Shown here piece after piece: positions 1 to 9,997 of a DNA stretch of 64,000 bases. The translations under genes and the position numbers were made by a program. The DNA comes from Acutalibacteraceae bacterium. GTDB taxonomy: Bacteria; Bacillota; Clostridia; Oscillospirales; Acutalibacteraceae. The stretch lies in NCBI GenBank assembly GCA_045633805.1, contig JAZQYY010000016.1, positions 762 through 64,761 of the forward strand, written 5' to 3'. Positions within the stretch are counted from its first letter, which is position 1. Each line of letters starts with the position of its first letter. The notes beneath the pieces were generated by a model that was not told the origin of the DNA, searched no databases, and was given only the letters and a program-made list of their open reading frames with translations.

Positions 1-2581
1 GTTCTTTAATGGTAAGGCCCATAGCAGCTTTAGTTGCTACGTTAATCATGGGGATACCGGTTACTTTACTGAGGAACGGTACGGTTCTGGAAGAACGGGG
101 GTTAACTTCGATTACAAATACATCGTTACCACGAACAATGTATTGAATGTTAATCATACCTTTTACTTCCAAACCAAGTGCCATTTTGTTGGTGTATTTA
201 ATGATGGTTTTGATTACGGATTCAGAAAGGCTTACAGGCGGATATACAGCGATGGAGTCGCCGGAGTGTACGCCTGCACGTTCAACGTGTTCCATAATAC
301 CGGGGATAAGAACGTCTGTGCCGTCTGAGATAACGTCAACTTCAAGTTCTGTACCCATCATGTATTTATCAACAAGAACGGGGTTTTCGATTTCGCCCGA
401 GAGAATGATATTCATATATCTCTCAACGTCGTCGTCGCTGTAAGCGATGGTCATATTCTGACCGCCGATAACGTATGAAGGTCTGAGAAGAACGGGATAA
501 CCGAGTTCAGCGGCAGCGTTAAGAGCTTCCTGCTTTGTCATAACGCCCATTCCCTTGGGTCTGAGAATGTTGAACTGCTCAAGAAGAGCGTCAAATCTTT
601 CTCTGTCTTCTGCGGTGTCGATACCGTCAGCAGATGTGCCGAGGATTCTGATGCCGTTTTCATCAAGGAACTTTGTGAGCTTGATAGCGGTCTGACCGCC
701 GAATGCAACAACAACGCCGATGGGCTTTTCAACGTTGATGATGTTCATAACGTCTTCGGGTGTAAGAGGTTCAAAATAGAGTCTGTCAGCGGTGTCATAG
801 TCTGTTGAAACTGTTTCGGGGTTGTTGTTGATAATAGCAACCTCGTATCCGAGTTCCTTGAGAGTCCATACGCAATGAACTGATGAATAGTCGAATTCAA
901 TACCCTGACCGATTCTGATGGGACCTGAACCGAGAACGATAATCTTTTCTTTCTTTTCATCGATAAGAGGTCTTGCCTCGCAATCGATGCCGTATGTTGA
1001 ATAGAAATAGGGAGCGGCTGTGTTGAAATTGTTTGTGCATGTATCAACAATCTTATAAACAGCTTCTCTGTGAGCGGGCAGTTCCTTAACGCCTGAAAGA
1101 CGCTTGAGAGCTGCATCTGTGTAGCCGTAATCCTTACCCTGATAATATTTTTCTTCTGTGAGGTTGCCGCCTTCGATTGATTTTTCAAAATCAGCAAGAT
1201 TCTTGAGCTTTTCAAGGAACCACTCTGTAATCTTTGTGATTTCGTGAACCTTTTCAATCGGCATACCGCCCTTGATAGCTTCAAAAACAGAGAACAGACG
1301 CATATCGTCGGTTTCTCTCATTCTCTCTTCAAGGGGAGCGTTTGTTTTGGGCTCTGCGTTAAGAGTGTCAAGAGAAATTTCAGCACCTCTGACAGCCTTC
1401 ATAATTGCCATCTCAAATGTGGGACCGATGGACATAACTTCGCCCGTTGCCTTCATCTGTGTGCCAAGCTTGCGGCTTGCATTAACAAACTTATCGAAGG
1501 GCCACTTGGGAAGCTTAACAACGATGTATTTAACGTCGGGCTCAAACTTTGCGCAGTTAAGACCTGTTTCATCGTTCTTGATTTCATCAAGAGTCATGCC
1601 GAGAGCAAGCATTGCGGTAACCTTTGCAATGGGGTAACCTGTTGCCTTACTTGCAAGTGCGGATGAACGTGAAACTCTGGGGTTAACCTCGATAACAGCA
1701 TAATCCATGCTGTGGGGGTCAAGTGCAAACTGGCAGTTACAACCGCCGATGATGCCGAGAGCGTCAACGATATCAAGTGAAGCCTGACGGAGCATAGCAT
1801 ATTCTTCGTCTGTAAGGCTCAGTGCAGGTGCTGCAACAATGCTGTCGCCCGTGTGGATACCAACGGGGTCAAAGTTTTCCATGCTGCAGACTGCGATGCA
1901 GTTGCCTGCAGAGTCACGCATTGTTTCGAATTCAATTTCTTTCCAGCCGAAAATATATTTTTCAACAAGAACCTGTGTGATGGGGGAGAGATCAAGACCT
2001 GTTTTTGCAATAACTCTGAGTTCTTCTTCGTTTTCTGCAACACCGCCGCCGCCACCGCCGAGTGTGAATGCGGGACGAATAATGATGGGATAGCCGATTT
2101 TATTTGCAATTTCAACGGCTGTTTCAACATCATTTGCGATTTCGGAAGGAATAACAGGCTGATTGATGGAGGTCATTGTGTCACGGAACATCTTTCTGTC
2201 TTCAGCCTTATCAATAGCTTCGGCGTTTGTACCGAGGAGCTTAACGCCCATCTTATCAAGATAGCCGTCTTTGCTCAGCTGCATAGCGATTGTAAGACCT
2301 GTCTGACCGCCAAGACCTGCAAGCAGGCTGTCGGGACGTTCCTTTTCGATAATTCTTTTAACGGTTTCGGCAGTAAGGGGCTCAAGATAGATTTCGTCTG
2401 CGAGAGCCTTATCGGTCATAATTGTTGCGGGGTTTGAGTTAACAAGAACAACGTCAAGACCTGCGTCTTTAAGAACGCGGCAAGCCTGAGTGCCTGCATA
2501 GTCAAACTCTGCGGCCTGACCGATAACGATGGGGCCTGAGCCGATGACCATTACTTTTTTAATGTCTTTGCTGATTGGCAT
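1..2581 (-). CDS. carB: Carbamoyl-phosphate synthase large subunit (3' part runs off the window; absent from the ORF track)
   Basis: Manual minus-strand translation from ATG 2581: MPISKDIKKVMVIGSGPIVIGQAAEFDYAGTQAC...NSNPATIMTD; second half GSGPIRIGQGIEFDY, NNNPETVSTDYD, EVNPRSSRTVPF; GGAGG RBS upstream. Confidence 0.97.
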   Translation of the reverse strand, partial: MPISKDIKKVMVIGSGPIVIGQAAEFDYAGTQACRVLKDAGLDVVLVNSNPATIMTDKALADEIYLEPLTAETVKRIIEKERPDSLLAGLGGQTGLTIAMQLSKDGYLDKMGVKLLGTNAEAIDKAEDRKMFRDTMTSINQPVIPSEIANDVETAVEIANKIGYPIIIRPAFTLGGGGGGVAENEEELRVIAKTGLDLSPITQVLVEKYIFGWKEIEFETMRDSAGNCIAVCSMENFDPVGIHTGDSIVAAPALSLTDEEYAMLRQASLDIVDALGIIGGCNCQFALDPHSMDYAVIEVNPRVSRSSALASKATGYPIAKVTAMLALGMTLDEIKNDETGLNCAKFEPDVKYIVVKLPKWPFDKFVNASRKLGTQMKATGEVMSIGPTFEMAIMKAVRGAEISLDTLNAEPKTNAPLEERMRETDDMRLFSVFEAIKGGMPIEKVHEITKITEWFLEKLKNLADFEKSIEGGNLTEEKYYQGKDYGYTDAALKRLSGVKELPAHREAVYKIVDTCTNNFNTAAPYFYSTYGIDCEARPLIDEKKEKIIVLGSGPIRIGQGIEFDYSSVHCVWTLKELGYEVAIINNNPETVSTDYDTADRLYFEPLTPEDVMNIINVEKPIGVVVAFGGQTAIKLTKFLDENGIRILGTSADGIDTAEDRERFDALLEQFNILRPKGMGVMTKQEALNAAAELGYPVLLRPSYVIGGQNMTIAYSDDDVERYMNIILSGEIENPVLVDKYMMGTELEVDVISDGTDVLIPGIMEHVERAGVHSGDSIAVYPPVSLSESVIKTIIKYTNKMALGLEVKGMINIQYIVRGNDVFVIEVNPRSSRTVPFLSKVTGIPMINVATKAAMGLTIKE

Positions 2582-2624
2582 TGCGAATCCTCCCTATATA
2601 TTAAACTTGAAATTATAAACTTTA

Positions 2625-3536
2625 TCAGTCTTTGAGAAGCTTAACAAGAACAGCCTTCTGAGCGTGGAGTCTGTTTTCAGCTTCTTCAAAGATTTCTTTT
2701 GCGTGAGCTTCAAAAACCTTTGCGGTGATTTCTTCTTCACGGTGAGCAGGCAGACAATGAAGAACCATTGCGTCGCTCTTTGCAACAGCCATAACGCTGT
2801 CGTTGATCTGGTAGCCGGCAAAAATCTTTTTGCGTTCTTCAGCTTCAGCTTCCTGACCCATTGATGCCCAAACGTCAGTATAAAGAACGTCTGCATCTTT
2901 TGCGGCTTCAAGAACGTCGCTTGTGCAGGTGAAATCGCCGTTTTCGCTTGCCCACTTCATAATCTCTGCGTCGGGCTTATAGCCGTCGGGGCAGCCGATG
3001 CTTACGCTCATACCCATCTTGATACCGCCAACGATAAGTGAGTTAGCCATATTGTTGCCGTCGCCGATGTAGCAGAGCTTGTTGCCTTTGATTGAACCCT
3101 TGATTTCACGGATTGTCATAAGGTCTGCAAGCACCTGGCAGGGGTGGCAATAGTCTGTGAGACCGTTGATGATGGGGATTGAGCCGAACTCTGCGAGTGT
3201 TTCAACGTCACTCTGAGCGAAGGTTCTTATCATAATGCCGTCAAGGTAACCCGAGAGAACTCTTGCTGTGTCGTTAACGGGTTCGCCTCTGCCGAGCTGA
3301 ATATCGTGAGAACTCAGGAAAAGAGCCTGACCGCCAAGGTCATACATACCAACCTCAAATGAAACTCTTGTTCTGGTTGATGACTTTGCAAAAATCATAC
3401 CGAGAGTTTTGCCCTTGAGAAGGTGATGCTCAATTCCGTTTTTCTTTTCGTATTTGAGCTGGTCTGCGAGATTAAGAATCTCATTGATTTCTTCTGTGCT
3501 CAGGTCCATGAGCTTAAGTAAGTGCTTGTTGTTCAT
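2625..3536 (-). CDS. argF: Ornithine carbamoyltransferase
   Basis: STRTRVSFE, HPCQ, DVWASMGQE, HCLP motifs. Confidence 0.97.
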   Translation of the reverse strand: MNNKHLLKLMDLSTEEINEILNLADQLKYEKKNGIEHHLLKGKTLGMIFAKSSTRTRVSFEVGMYDLGGQALFLSSHDIQLGRGEPVNDTARVLSGYLDGIMIRTFAQSDVETLAEFGSIPIINGLTDYCHPCQVLADLMTIREIKGSIKGNKLCYIGDGNNMANSLIVGGIKMGMSVSIGCPDGYKPDAEIMKWASENGDFTCTSDVLEAAKDADVLYTDVWASMGQEAEAEERKKIFAGYQINDSVMAVAKSDAMVLHCLPAHREEEITAKVFEAHAKEIFEEAENRLHAQKAVLVKLLKD

Positions 3537-3560
3537 AAAAACCTCCGAATATGCATCGTA

Positions 3561-3578
3561 TATGAATAATTATACACA
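3561..3578. promoter_or_regulatory. ArgR/AhrC operator (ARG box) upstream of argF-carB
   Basis: TGAATAATTATACA at 3563-3576 matches the ARG-box consensus; weaker palindrome CGCATATATATGCG at 3606-3619. Confidence 0.7.
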
Positions 3579-3828
3579 ATTTCAATGAACAGGTCAATGT
3601 TACGGCGCATATATATGCGGTTTTTGCAAGGGGAAATTTTGTTGAATTTCACAATATCAAAATCAAGACCGCACTGACCTTATTATATTCGATATATTAT
3701 AGCATATTATTTTCAATAATAAAAGACCTAATTTGAACTTTTTTGAAAAAATTATACATAAAAAACGGATTGTTTTTCAGCGTTTTTACACATAAAAAAC
3801 GGCGAAGCCAATGGCTCCGCCGCTGAAA

Positions 3829-4194
3829 TTATTTAATGGGGCAATGATTTGTGGCAACAATGTCAATACCTGTGCCGAGAATATCGGCAACAAGAACGTC
3901 GCCAAGCTTAACGGGAGCTTTGGCAGTTGCTTTGTTGATAACTTCCATGCACTCAAAAATCTTATCCTTGGGCAATGCGCCTGCGGATTTGCAGGGAACA
4001 ACGTTGAAAACGCCGCCCTCAACCTTAACGGTTGTTGCAAGGCTTCTTACGGGGTTGGTGATTTCGGTTCTTGCATAGGCATCGCCTCTTTTGCAGGTGT
4101 TGCCTGTAACGGAGAGAATAGAGCCGTTGTCATCAAGTTCAACGGTAACGCCGCAGCCCATAGGGCAAGCTACGCAAATAATGTTTTTCTGCAT
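3829..4194 (-). CDS. DUF1667-type small CxxC(4Fe-4S-like) protein
   Basis: ICVACPMGC...GNTCKRG; typical third gene of the Firmicutes FAD-oxidoreductase trio; start could be GTG 4203. Confidence 0.85.
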   Translation of the reverse strand: MQKNIICVACPMGCGVTVELDDNGSILSVTGNTCKRGDAYARTEITNPVRSLATTVKVEGGVFNVVPCKSAGALPKDKIFECMEVINKATAKAPVKLGDVLVADILGTGIDIVATNHCPIK

Positions 4195-4199
4195 CTTGA

Positions 4200-5453
4200 T
4201 CACACCTCCACCGAAATTTCAATCACGCCGCCCTCGGCAAATTTCTTGAGCATATCATTCTTGATGATAACGCTTTCCATTTCACCGGGTGCAAGACGGG
4301 GTCTTTTTTTGCTGATAATTTCTTCACCGTTATATTTAACAACGGTTTTTGCGTTTTTGTAAACCTGACCGACTCTGAAATAGAGCTTAACGTCGCCTTC
4401 GTTTTTAACGTTAACCTTCTGGGGAACGATGTAACGAACACCGCTGACACCCTTTGTGGTTATATATTTGGGCTCTTCACCGCCGCCAAGAACATACTTT
4501 GCGGCACCTTCGCCGGCAGTCTGGCTTTCGAGAGTAACGTAGTCAACAAGGTCGTGAACGTGAAGAACGTTTCCGCAGGCGAAAACACCTTTGTGCGACG
4601 TTTCTCTGTTTTCGTCAACAACAGCACCGCTTGTGATGGGGTCAAGCTGAATGCCGACTGCTCTTGTGAGTTCGTTTTCGGGAATAAGACCAACGGAAAG
4701 AAGAAGAGTATCGCATTCGATATATTCTTCTGTTCCGGGGATGGGATTGCGGTTTTCGTCAACGTTAGCGATTGTAACGCCTTCAACTCTGTCTTTGCCG
4801 TGGATGCCGATAACCGTGCAGCTCAGGCGAAGGGGAATGTTGAAATCGTCAAGGCACTGAACGATGTTTCTTGTAAGACCGCTTGAATAGGGCATAAGCT
4901 CGCAAACAACCTTAACCTCTGCACCTTCAAGCGTCATACGGCGTGCCATAATAAGACCGATGTCGCCCGAGCCGAGGATAACAACCTTTTTGCCGGGCAT
5001 ATAGCCGTCAATGTTAACGTATTTCTGTGCTGTGCCTGCGCTCATAACACCTGAAGCTCTTGAGCCTGCAATGTTGAGGGCGCCTCTGGGTCTTTCGCGG
5101 CAACCCATTGCAAGTATAACGGCTTTTGCCTGAATTTCAAGCAGACCGTCAGTCTTGTTTACGGCATAAACCACGTTGTTTTCTGTGATTTCAAGAGCCA
5201 TTGTATCTGTTTTATATTCGATTTCTTTTTCGTTAACAAGCTCGATGAATCTGTCGGCATATTCGGGACCTGAAAGTTCTTCGCCGAAATAGTGAAGACC
5301 GAAGCCTGTGTGAATGCACTGCTCAAGAATACCGCCGAGAGTCTCGGCTCTTTCGAGAATAAGAATGCTGTCAACGCCGCATTCTTTTGCTTTGAGTGCT
5401 GCGGCCATACCTGCGGGACCGCCGCCGATAACAACTATATCATAATTAAGCAT
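4200..5453 (-). CDS. FAD-dependent pyridine nucleotide-disulfide oxidoreductase family protein
   Basis: GGGPAG FAD motif, QCIHTGFG, MGCRERPRG, GSGDIGLIMARR, ACGNVLHVHD; start moved to MLNYD with GGAG RBS. Confidence 0.9.
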   Translation of the reverse strand: MLNYDIVVIGGGPAGMAAALKAKECGVDSILILERAETLGGILEQCIHTGFGLHYFGEELSGPEYADRFIELVNEKEIEYKTDTMALEITENNVVYAVNKTDGLLEIQAKAVILAMGCRERPRGALNIAGSRASGVMSAGTAQKYVNIDGYMPGKKVVILGSGDIGLIMARRMTLEGAEVKVVCELMPYSSGLTRNIVQCLDDFNIPLRLSCTVIGIHGKDRVEGVTIANVDENRNPIPGTEEYIECDTLLLSVGLIPENELTRAVGIQLDPITSGAVVDENRETSHKGVFACGNVLHVHDLVDYVTLESQTAGEGAAKYVLGGGEEPKYITTKGVSGVRYIVPQKVNVKNEGDVKLYFRVGQVYKNAKTVVKYNGEEIISKKRPRLAPGEMESVIIKNDMLKKFAEGGVIEISVEV

Positions 5454-5463
5454 AATCTCCGCC

Positions 5464-6894
5464 TCACTTTGTTCTCTCATAGAGTATTTTTGAATTGCCG
5501 CCGCATTTGGTGATTTCGTTGATTTCAACACCGAGTTCTTTGGCAAGAAGCTCAACAACCTTTGAACCGCAGAAGCCGCCCTGGCAGCGACCCATGCCTG
5601 CTCTTGTTCTGCGCTTTACGCCGTCAACGTCTCTTGCACCTGCGGGAGCGTGGATTGCATCAAGAATTTCGCCCTCTGTGATTGTTTCGCAGCGGCAGAT
5701 GATACGTCCGTAAGCAGGGTTCTTTTCAATAAGAGCTTTTCGTTCTTCGTTGCTCATATGTCTGAAACGAACGGGTTCTTCTCTTTCTGCTTTGAAATCA
5801 GCCTTTTCTTCTGAACCGAGTTCTTTGATAAGCATATCCTTAACGTAAAGACCGATTGCGGGAGCAGATGAAAGACCGGGTGATTCAATACCTGCAACGT
5901 TGATGAACTGAGCGTTCTTTTCACTGGGTTCAATGATAAAATCGTTTCGTGAGCAGTGAGCTCTCAGACCTGCAAACGAAGTGATAACTTCTCTTGTTGT
6001 GAGGCAGGGAACGGAACGTTTTGCGGCAACAAGAACGTCTGAAAGTGTGCCTGCGGTTGTTGTTACGTCTGTTTTATCTTCAATGTCAAGTGCGCTCGGA
6101 CCGATGAGAAGGTTGCCGTCAACCGTGGGTGTAACGAGAATACCTTTACCCATCTTTGAGGGGCACTGGAAAATTGTGTGGTTTGCAAGGTGACCGATTG
6201 ATTTGTCACAGAGCATATATTCGCCCTTTCTGGGGATGGTATGAATTGAATCGTCACCGATAAGAGCGGCAATTTCGTCGCAGAAAACGCCTGCGGCATT
6301 AACAACGTATTTTGTGTTGATTTCGCTTTCGCCGTTTGAAAGAGTGAAAATACCGTCGGCAAAATCAATCTTTTTAACTTCAAAGTTGCGGATGAATTCA
6401 GCGCCGTTAACAACTGCATTTTCAACTGCGGCGATGGTTAATTCGTAGGGACAAACGATGCCTGCGCTGGGAGCCCAGAGAGCACCTTTTGCTTCTTCGC
6501 TGATATGGGGTTCAGCTTCGCGAAGTTTTGCAACGTCATAAATTTCAAGACCGGGAACACCGTTTTCGTTACCTCTTTCAAGAAGTTCGTTGAGGGTTTC
6601 CATCTCTTCATCGGAGAAGGCAACAACAAGTGAGCCGACAGGCTTGAAAGGAACGCTGAGAGTTTTGCAAAGCTCGGGCATAAGAGCAGTTCCTTCAACG
6701 TTCATTTTTGCTTTCATCGAGCCGGGCTTTGCGTCAAAGCCTGCGTGCACGATTGCACTGTTTGCTTTTGAGGTAGCCATTGCCATATCGTTGCATTTTT
6801 CAACAAGTGCAACCTTAACGTTATAGCGGCTGAGCTCACGGGCTATAAGGGAGCCGATTACGCCTGCGCCGATAACAGCAACATCATAATTCAT
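5464..6894 (-). CDS. FAD-dependent oxidoreductase (GlpA/LhgO-like) with C-terminal BFD-like [2Fe-2S] domain
   Basis: GAGVIG, SKANSAIVHAG, GIESPGL, CRCE...GRCQGGFC; start at MNYD after GGAGG. Confidence 0.9.
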   Translation of the reverse strand: MNYDVAVIGAGVIGSLIARELSRYNVKVALVEKCNDMAMATSKANSAIVHAGFDAKPGSMKAKMNVEGTALMPELCKTLSVPFKPVGSLVVAFSDEEMETLNELLERGNENGVPGLEIYDVAKLREAEPHISEEAKGALWAPSAGIVCPYELTIAAVENAVVNGAEFIRNFEVKKIDFADGIFTLSNGESEINTKYVVNAAGVFCDEIAALIGDDSIHTIPRKGEYMLCDKSIGHLANHTIFQCPSKMGKGILVTPTVDGNLLIGPSALDIEDKTDVTTTAGTLSDVLVAAKRSVPCLTTREVITSFAGLRAHCSRNDFIIEPSEKNAQFINVAGIESPGLSSAPAIGLYVKDMLIKELGSEEKADFKAEREEPVRFRHMSNEERKALIEKNPAYGRIICRCETITEGEILDAIHAPAGARDVDGVKRRTRAGMGRCQGGFCGSKVVELLAKELGVEINEITKCGGNSKILYERTK

Positions 6895-7082
6895 GAATAA
6901 AACCTCCGTAATAATAGTTTCCGACAAGTAAGTATAACATAGTAAATTCTATAAAACAATACTTTATAATAAATTTTTGTTTGGTTTTGCGATTTTTATG
7001 TTTGCAAAAAAACAGTTTTGCTTTCTTCGGAGTTGCTTTGTTCAGAATGCCAAAACAATATAAAATGCCGTTTGCTTTTTAC

Positions 7083-7111
7083 TTGACAAAATTAATTTCC
7101 TGTGTTAAAAT
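7083..7111 (+). promoter_or_regulatory. SigA-type promoter of the fhs leader
   Basis: TTGACA-17bp-TAAAAT with extended -10 TG. Confidence 0.75.
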
Positions 7112-7128
7112 TTACTCGTAAATTTAAA

Positions 7129-7205
7129 AGATTTTTTGTGACTGACGGTTTTAGCAGAGCACTGCAAAGGAGCAAAAAATCTGTTTTATGTCGACCGTCT
7201 GGGCA
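7129..7205 (+). ncRNA. ZMP/ZTP (pfl) riboswitch
   Basis: P1 AGATTTTTTG/CAAAAAATCT, conserved GTGACTGACG, 3' GTCGACCGTCTGGGCA; directly upstream of fhs, a typical target. Confidence 0.9.
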
Positions 7206-7238
7206 GTTCTGTTATATGCAACAGGACTGCCTTTAATT
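7202..7238 (+). terminator. Riboswitch expression-platform terminator
   Basis: GGCAGTTCTGTT-loop-AACAGGACTGCC followed by TTTAATT; overlaps the 3' end of the aptamer. Confidence 0.75.
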
Positions 7239-7305
7239 GTTTCTTAATGAAACGGTTAAAGGCATATCTTTGAAAATTCTGACAATCGAAAGGAAGTTGA
7301 ACATT

Positions 7306-8973
7306 ATGATGACTGATATCGAAATCGCTCAGTCCGTTCAGATGAAACCCATTACCGAAATCGCAGATTTTGCAGGCATTGACGGCAAATATCTTGAGCA
7401 GTACGGCAATTACAAAGCAAAGGTTGACCTTTCACTTCTCAAAGACAGTGATAAAAAAGACGGCAAGCTTATTCTTGTAACAGCAATCACTCCCACACCC
7501 GCAGGTGAGGGCAAAACCACAACAACAATCGGTCTTGCCGACGGTCTTAAGAGAATCGGCAAAAACGTTATGGTTGCTCTGCGCGAGCCTTCTCTCGGTC
7601 CCGTTTTCGGTGTTAAGGGCGGTGCTGCAGGCGGCGGATATGCACAGGTTGTTCCCATGGAAGATATTAACCTTCATTTCACAGGTGACTTCCACGCAAT
7701 CGGTGCGGCAAACAACCTTCTTGCAGCTATGCTTGATAACCATATTTATCAGGGCAATTCACTCAACATCGACCCCAGAAGAATCACTTGGAAGCGTTGC
7801 GTTGATATGAACGACAGACAGCTTCGTTTTGTTACCGACGGTCTCGGCGGCAGAGTTAACGGTGTGCCCAGAGAAGACGGTTACGATATCACCGTTGCAT
7901 CAGAAATTATGGCAGTTCTTTGCCTTGCAACTTCAATCACAGACCTCAAAGAAAGACTTTCAAGAATTATTGTTGGTTATACTTATGACGAAAAGCCTGT
8001 TACCGCAGGTCAGCTTAATGCTGCAGGTGCAATGACTGCACTTCTCAAGGATGCACTTAAGCCCAACCTTGTTCAGACTCTTGAAGGTACACCCGCTCTT
8101 GTTCACGGCGGACCTTTTGCAAATATTGCTCACGGCTGTAACTCTGTTATGGCAACAAAACTTGCAATGAAGCTTGGCGATTATGCTATCACAGAAGCAG
8201 GCTTCGGCGCTGACCTCGGTGCAGAGAAGTTCCTTGATATCAAGTGCCGCTATGCAGGACTTAATCCCGATGCGGTTGTTATTGTTGCAACTATCAGAGC
8301 TCTCAAGATGCACGGCGGTCTTGCAAAAACAGAGCTTGGTGCAGAGAATCTTGAGGCTCTCGAAAAGGGTATTCCCAACCTTCTCCGCCACGTTGCAAAT
8401 ATTAAGAATGTTTATAAGCTTCCCTCTGTTGTTGCGGTTAACCGTTTCCCCACAGACACAGATGCAGAAGTTGAACTTATCATCAAAAAGTGCAAGGAAC
8501 TCGGCGTAAACGTTGTTCTTTCAACCGTATGGACTGAAGGCGGCAAGGGCGGCGAAGAGCTTGCAAAAGAGGTTGTTGCTCTTTGTGAACAGCCCAATGA
8601 TTTCACTTTCTCATATGAGCTTGACGGCACAATCGAAGATAAGATTGAAGCAGTTGTCAAGAAGATTTACGGCGGTGACGGCATCAGCGTTCTGCCTGCC
8701 GCAAAGAAGCAGATTGATATGCTTACCGCAAACGGCTATGCAAATCTTCCCATCTGCGTTGCAAAAACACAGTATAGCTTCTCTGATGACCCCACAAAGC
8801 TCGGTGCACCCGATAACTTTACCGTTACAATCAAGAACGTTAAGGTTTCTGCAGGTGCAGGCTTCATTGTTGTTCTCACAGGTGATATTATGACAATGCC
8901 CGGTCTGCCCAAAGTGCCTGCCGCAGAAAAGATTGACGTTGACGAAACAGGCAAAATCAGCGGTCTTTTCTAA
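7306..8973 (+). CDS. fhs: Formate--tetrahydrofolate ligase
   Basis: [44 protein letters not shown]; start MMTDIEIAQ after AGGAAG. Confidence 0.98.
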   Translation: MMTDIEIAQSVQMKPITEIADFAGIDGKYLEQYGNYKAKVDLSLLKDSDKKDGKLILVTAITPTPAGEGKTTTTIGLADGLKRIGKNVMVALREPSLGPVFGVKGGAAGGGYAQVVPMEDINLHFTGDFHAIGAANNLLAAMLDNHIYQGNSLNIDPRRITWKRCVDMNDRQLRFVTDGLGGRVNGVPREDGYDITVASEIMAVLCLATSITDLKERLSRIIVGYTYDEKPVTAGQLNAAGAMTALLKDALKPNLVQTLEGTPALVHGGPFANIAHGCNSVMATKLAMKLGDYAITEAGFGADLGAEKFLDIKCRYAGLNPDAVVIVATIRALKMHGGLAKTELGAENLEALEKGIPNLLRHVANIKNVYKLPSVVAVNRFPTDTDAEVELIIKKCKELGVNVVLSTVWTEGGKGGEELAKEVVALCEQPNDFTFSYELDGTIEDKIEAVVKKIYGGDGISVLPAAKKQIDMLTANGYANLPICVAKTQYSFSDDPTKLGAPDNFTVTIKNVKVSAGAGFIVVLTGDIMTMPGLPKVPAAEKIDVDETGKISGLF

Positions 8974-8990
8974 AATTAAAAAAGAATTCG

Positions 8991-9023
8991 CAAGCCTTCC
9001 CTTCGTGGGGAGGCTTGTTTTTT
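8991..9023 (+). terminator. Rho-independent terminator after fhs
   Basis: CAAGCCTTCCC-TTCGT-GGGGAGGCTTG + T tract. Confidence 0.8.
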
Positions 9024-9196
9024 GTTTGGCACTATTTATTGAAAAAAAGATGCAGATTCACACAAAATATTGCGTTTTTTGGTTGCAAAATCATAATAGT
9101 AATGTTATAATTAAAAATAATGCCCGAGTATGTCTAATTTTGCTTTTTGAGCAAATACTATCTCTGATTATAAGTGTTAACCGCAGATAAGAAGGG

Positions 9197-9997
9197 ATGT
9201 ATTCCGTGAGCAAAAATAAGAACAGCAAGAAAGAAAATTTTTATATATCATCGCCCTCGTGGTATTCGCCCGATTGCACAGGCAGCAACAGTGAAAGCGG
9301 TTGCAGTGAAGCAATCAGTAATATCATTGAAACGGGTTCAATCACCGTTAAAAAGGGTGATAACGTTATCCATTGTCTTACCATTATCGGTCAGATTGAG
9401 GGGCATTATATTCTGCCTGCGCAGAATAAAACAACAAAATATGAACACGTTATTCCTCAGCTTGTTGCAATTGAAGAAAGCAATGCCATCGACGGTCTTG
9501 TGCTTATTCTCAACACAGTCGGCGGTGATATTGAAGCAGGTCTGGCAATAGCGGAACTTATCAGCGGAATGAAAACGCCAACGGTTTCGCTTGTGCTCGG
9601 CGGCGGTCACTCAATCGGTGTTCCTCTTGCGGTTTCAGCTGATAAATCGTTTATAACTCCATCGGCAACAATGACGGTTCATCCTGTCAGAATGAACGGT
9701 CTTGTTCTGGGCGTGCCGCAGACACTTGCTTATTTTGAGCAGATGCAGGAGCGGATAGTCCGATTCGTTTCGGGCAATTCGCGGATTTCGGCAGACAGAT
9801 TCAGAGAACTTATGCTTGCAACGGGCGAACTCGTGCTTGACGTGGGAACGGTGCTGGAAGGTGAAAAGGCGGTCAGTGAAGGGCTGATTGATTCAATCGG
9901 CAGTCTTTCGGATGCGCTTGAATGCCTTTACGGTATGATTGAAGAAAATAAGAAAAACAACTTGGATGATACGGATATAAATACTCCGAAAGGATGA
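9197..9997 (+). CDS. tepA: ClpP-family protein TepA-like
   Basis: [38 protein letters not shown]; tepA-spoIIIE synteny. Confidence 0.85.
   Translation: MYSVSKNKNSKKENFYISSPSWYSPDCTGSNSESGCSEAISNIIETGSITVKKGDNVIHCLTIIGQIEGHYILPAQNKTTKYEHVIPQLVAIEESNAIDGLVLILNTVGGDIEAGLAIAELISGMKTPTVSLVLGGGHSIGVPLAVSADKSFITPSATMTVHPVRMNGLVLGVPQTLAYFEQMQERIVRFVSGNSRISADRFRELMLATGELVLDVGTVLEGEKAVSEGLIDSIGSLSDALECLYGMIEENKKNNLDDTDINTPKG

Noticed and set aside
143-2437. Many short ORFs on both strands in the ORF track
   Set aside because: Shadow frames of carB, which the track missed because its stop lies outside the window.
3756-3802. Direct repeat ACATAAAAAACGG x2
   Set aside because: Only two copies, next to the terminator of the oxidoreductase module; no spacer array and no cas genes.
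7237-7305. N-terminal extension of Fhs in the ORF track
   Set aside because: It begins at the riboswitch terminator; the RBS and the family N-terminus indicate a start at 7306/7309.
9128-9160. Possible SigF/SigG promoter for tepA (GCAAATACTA)
   Set aside because: The -10 is plausible but the -35 match and spacing are poor.
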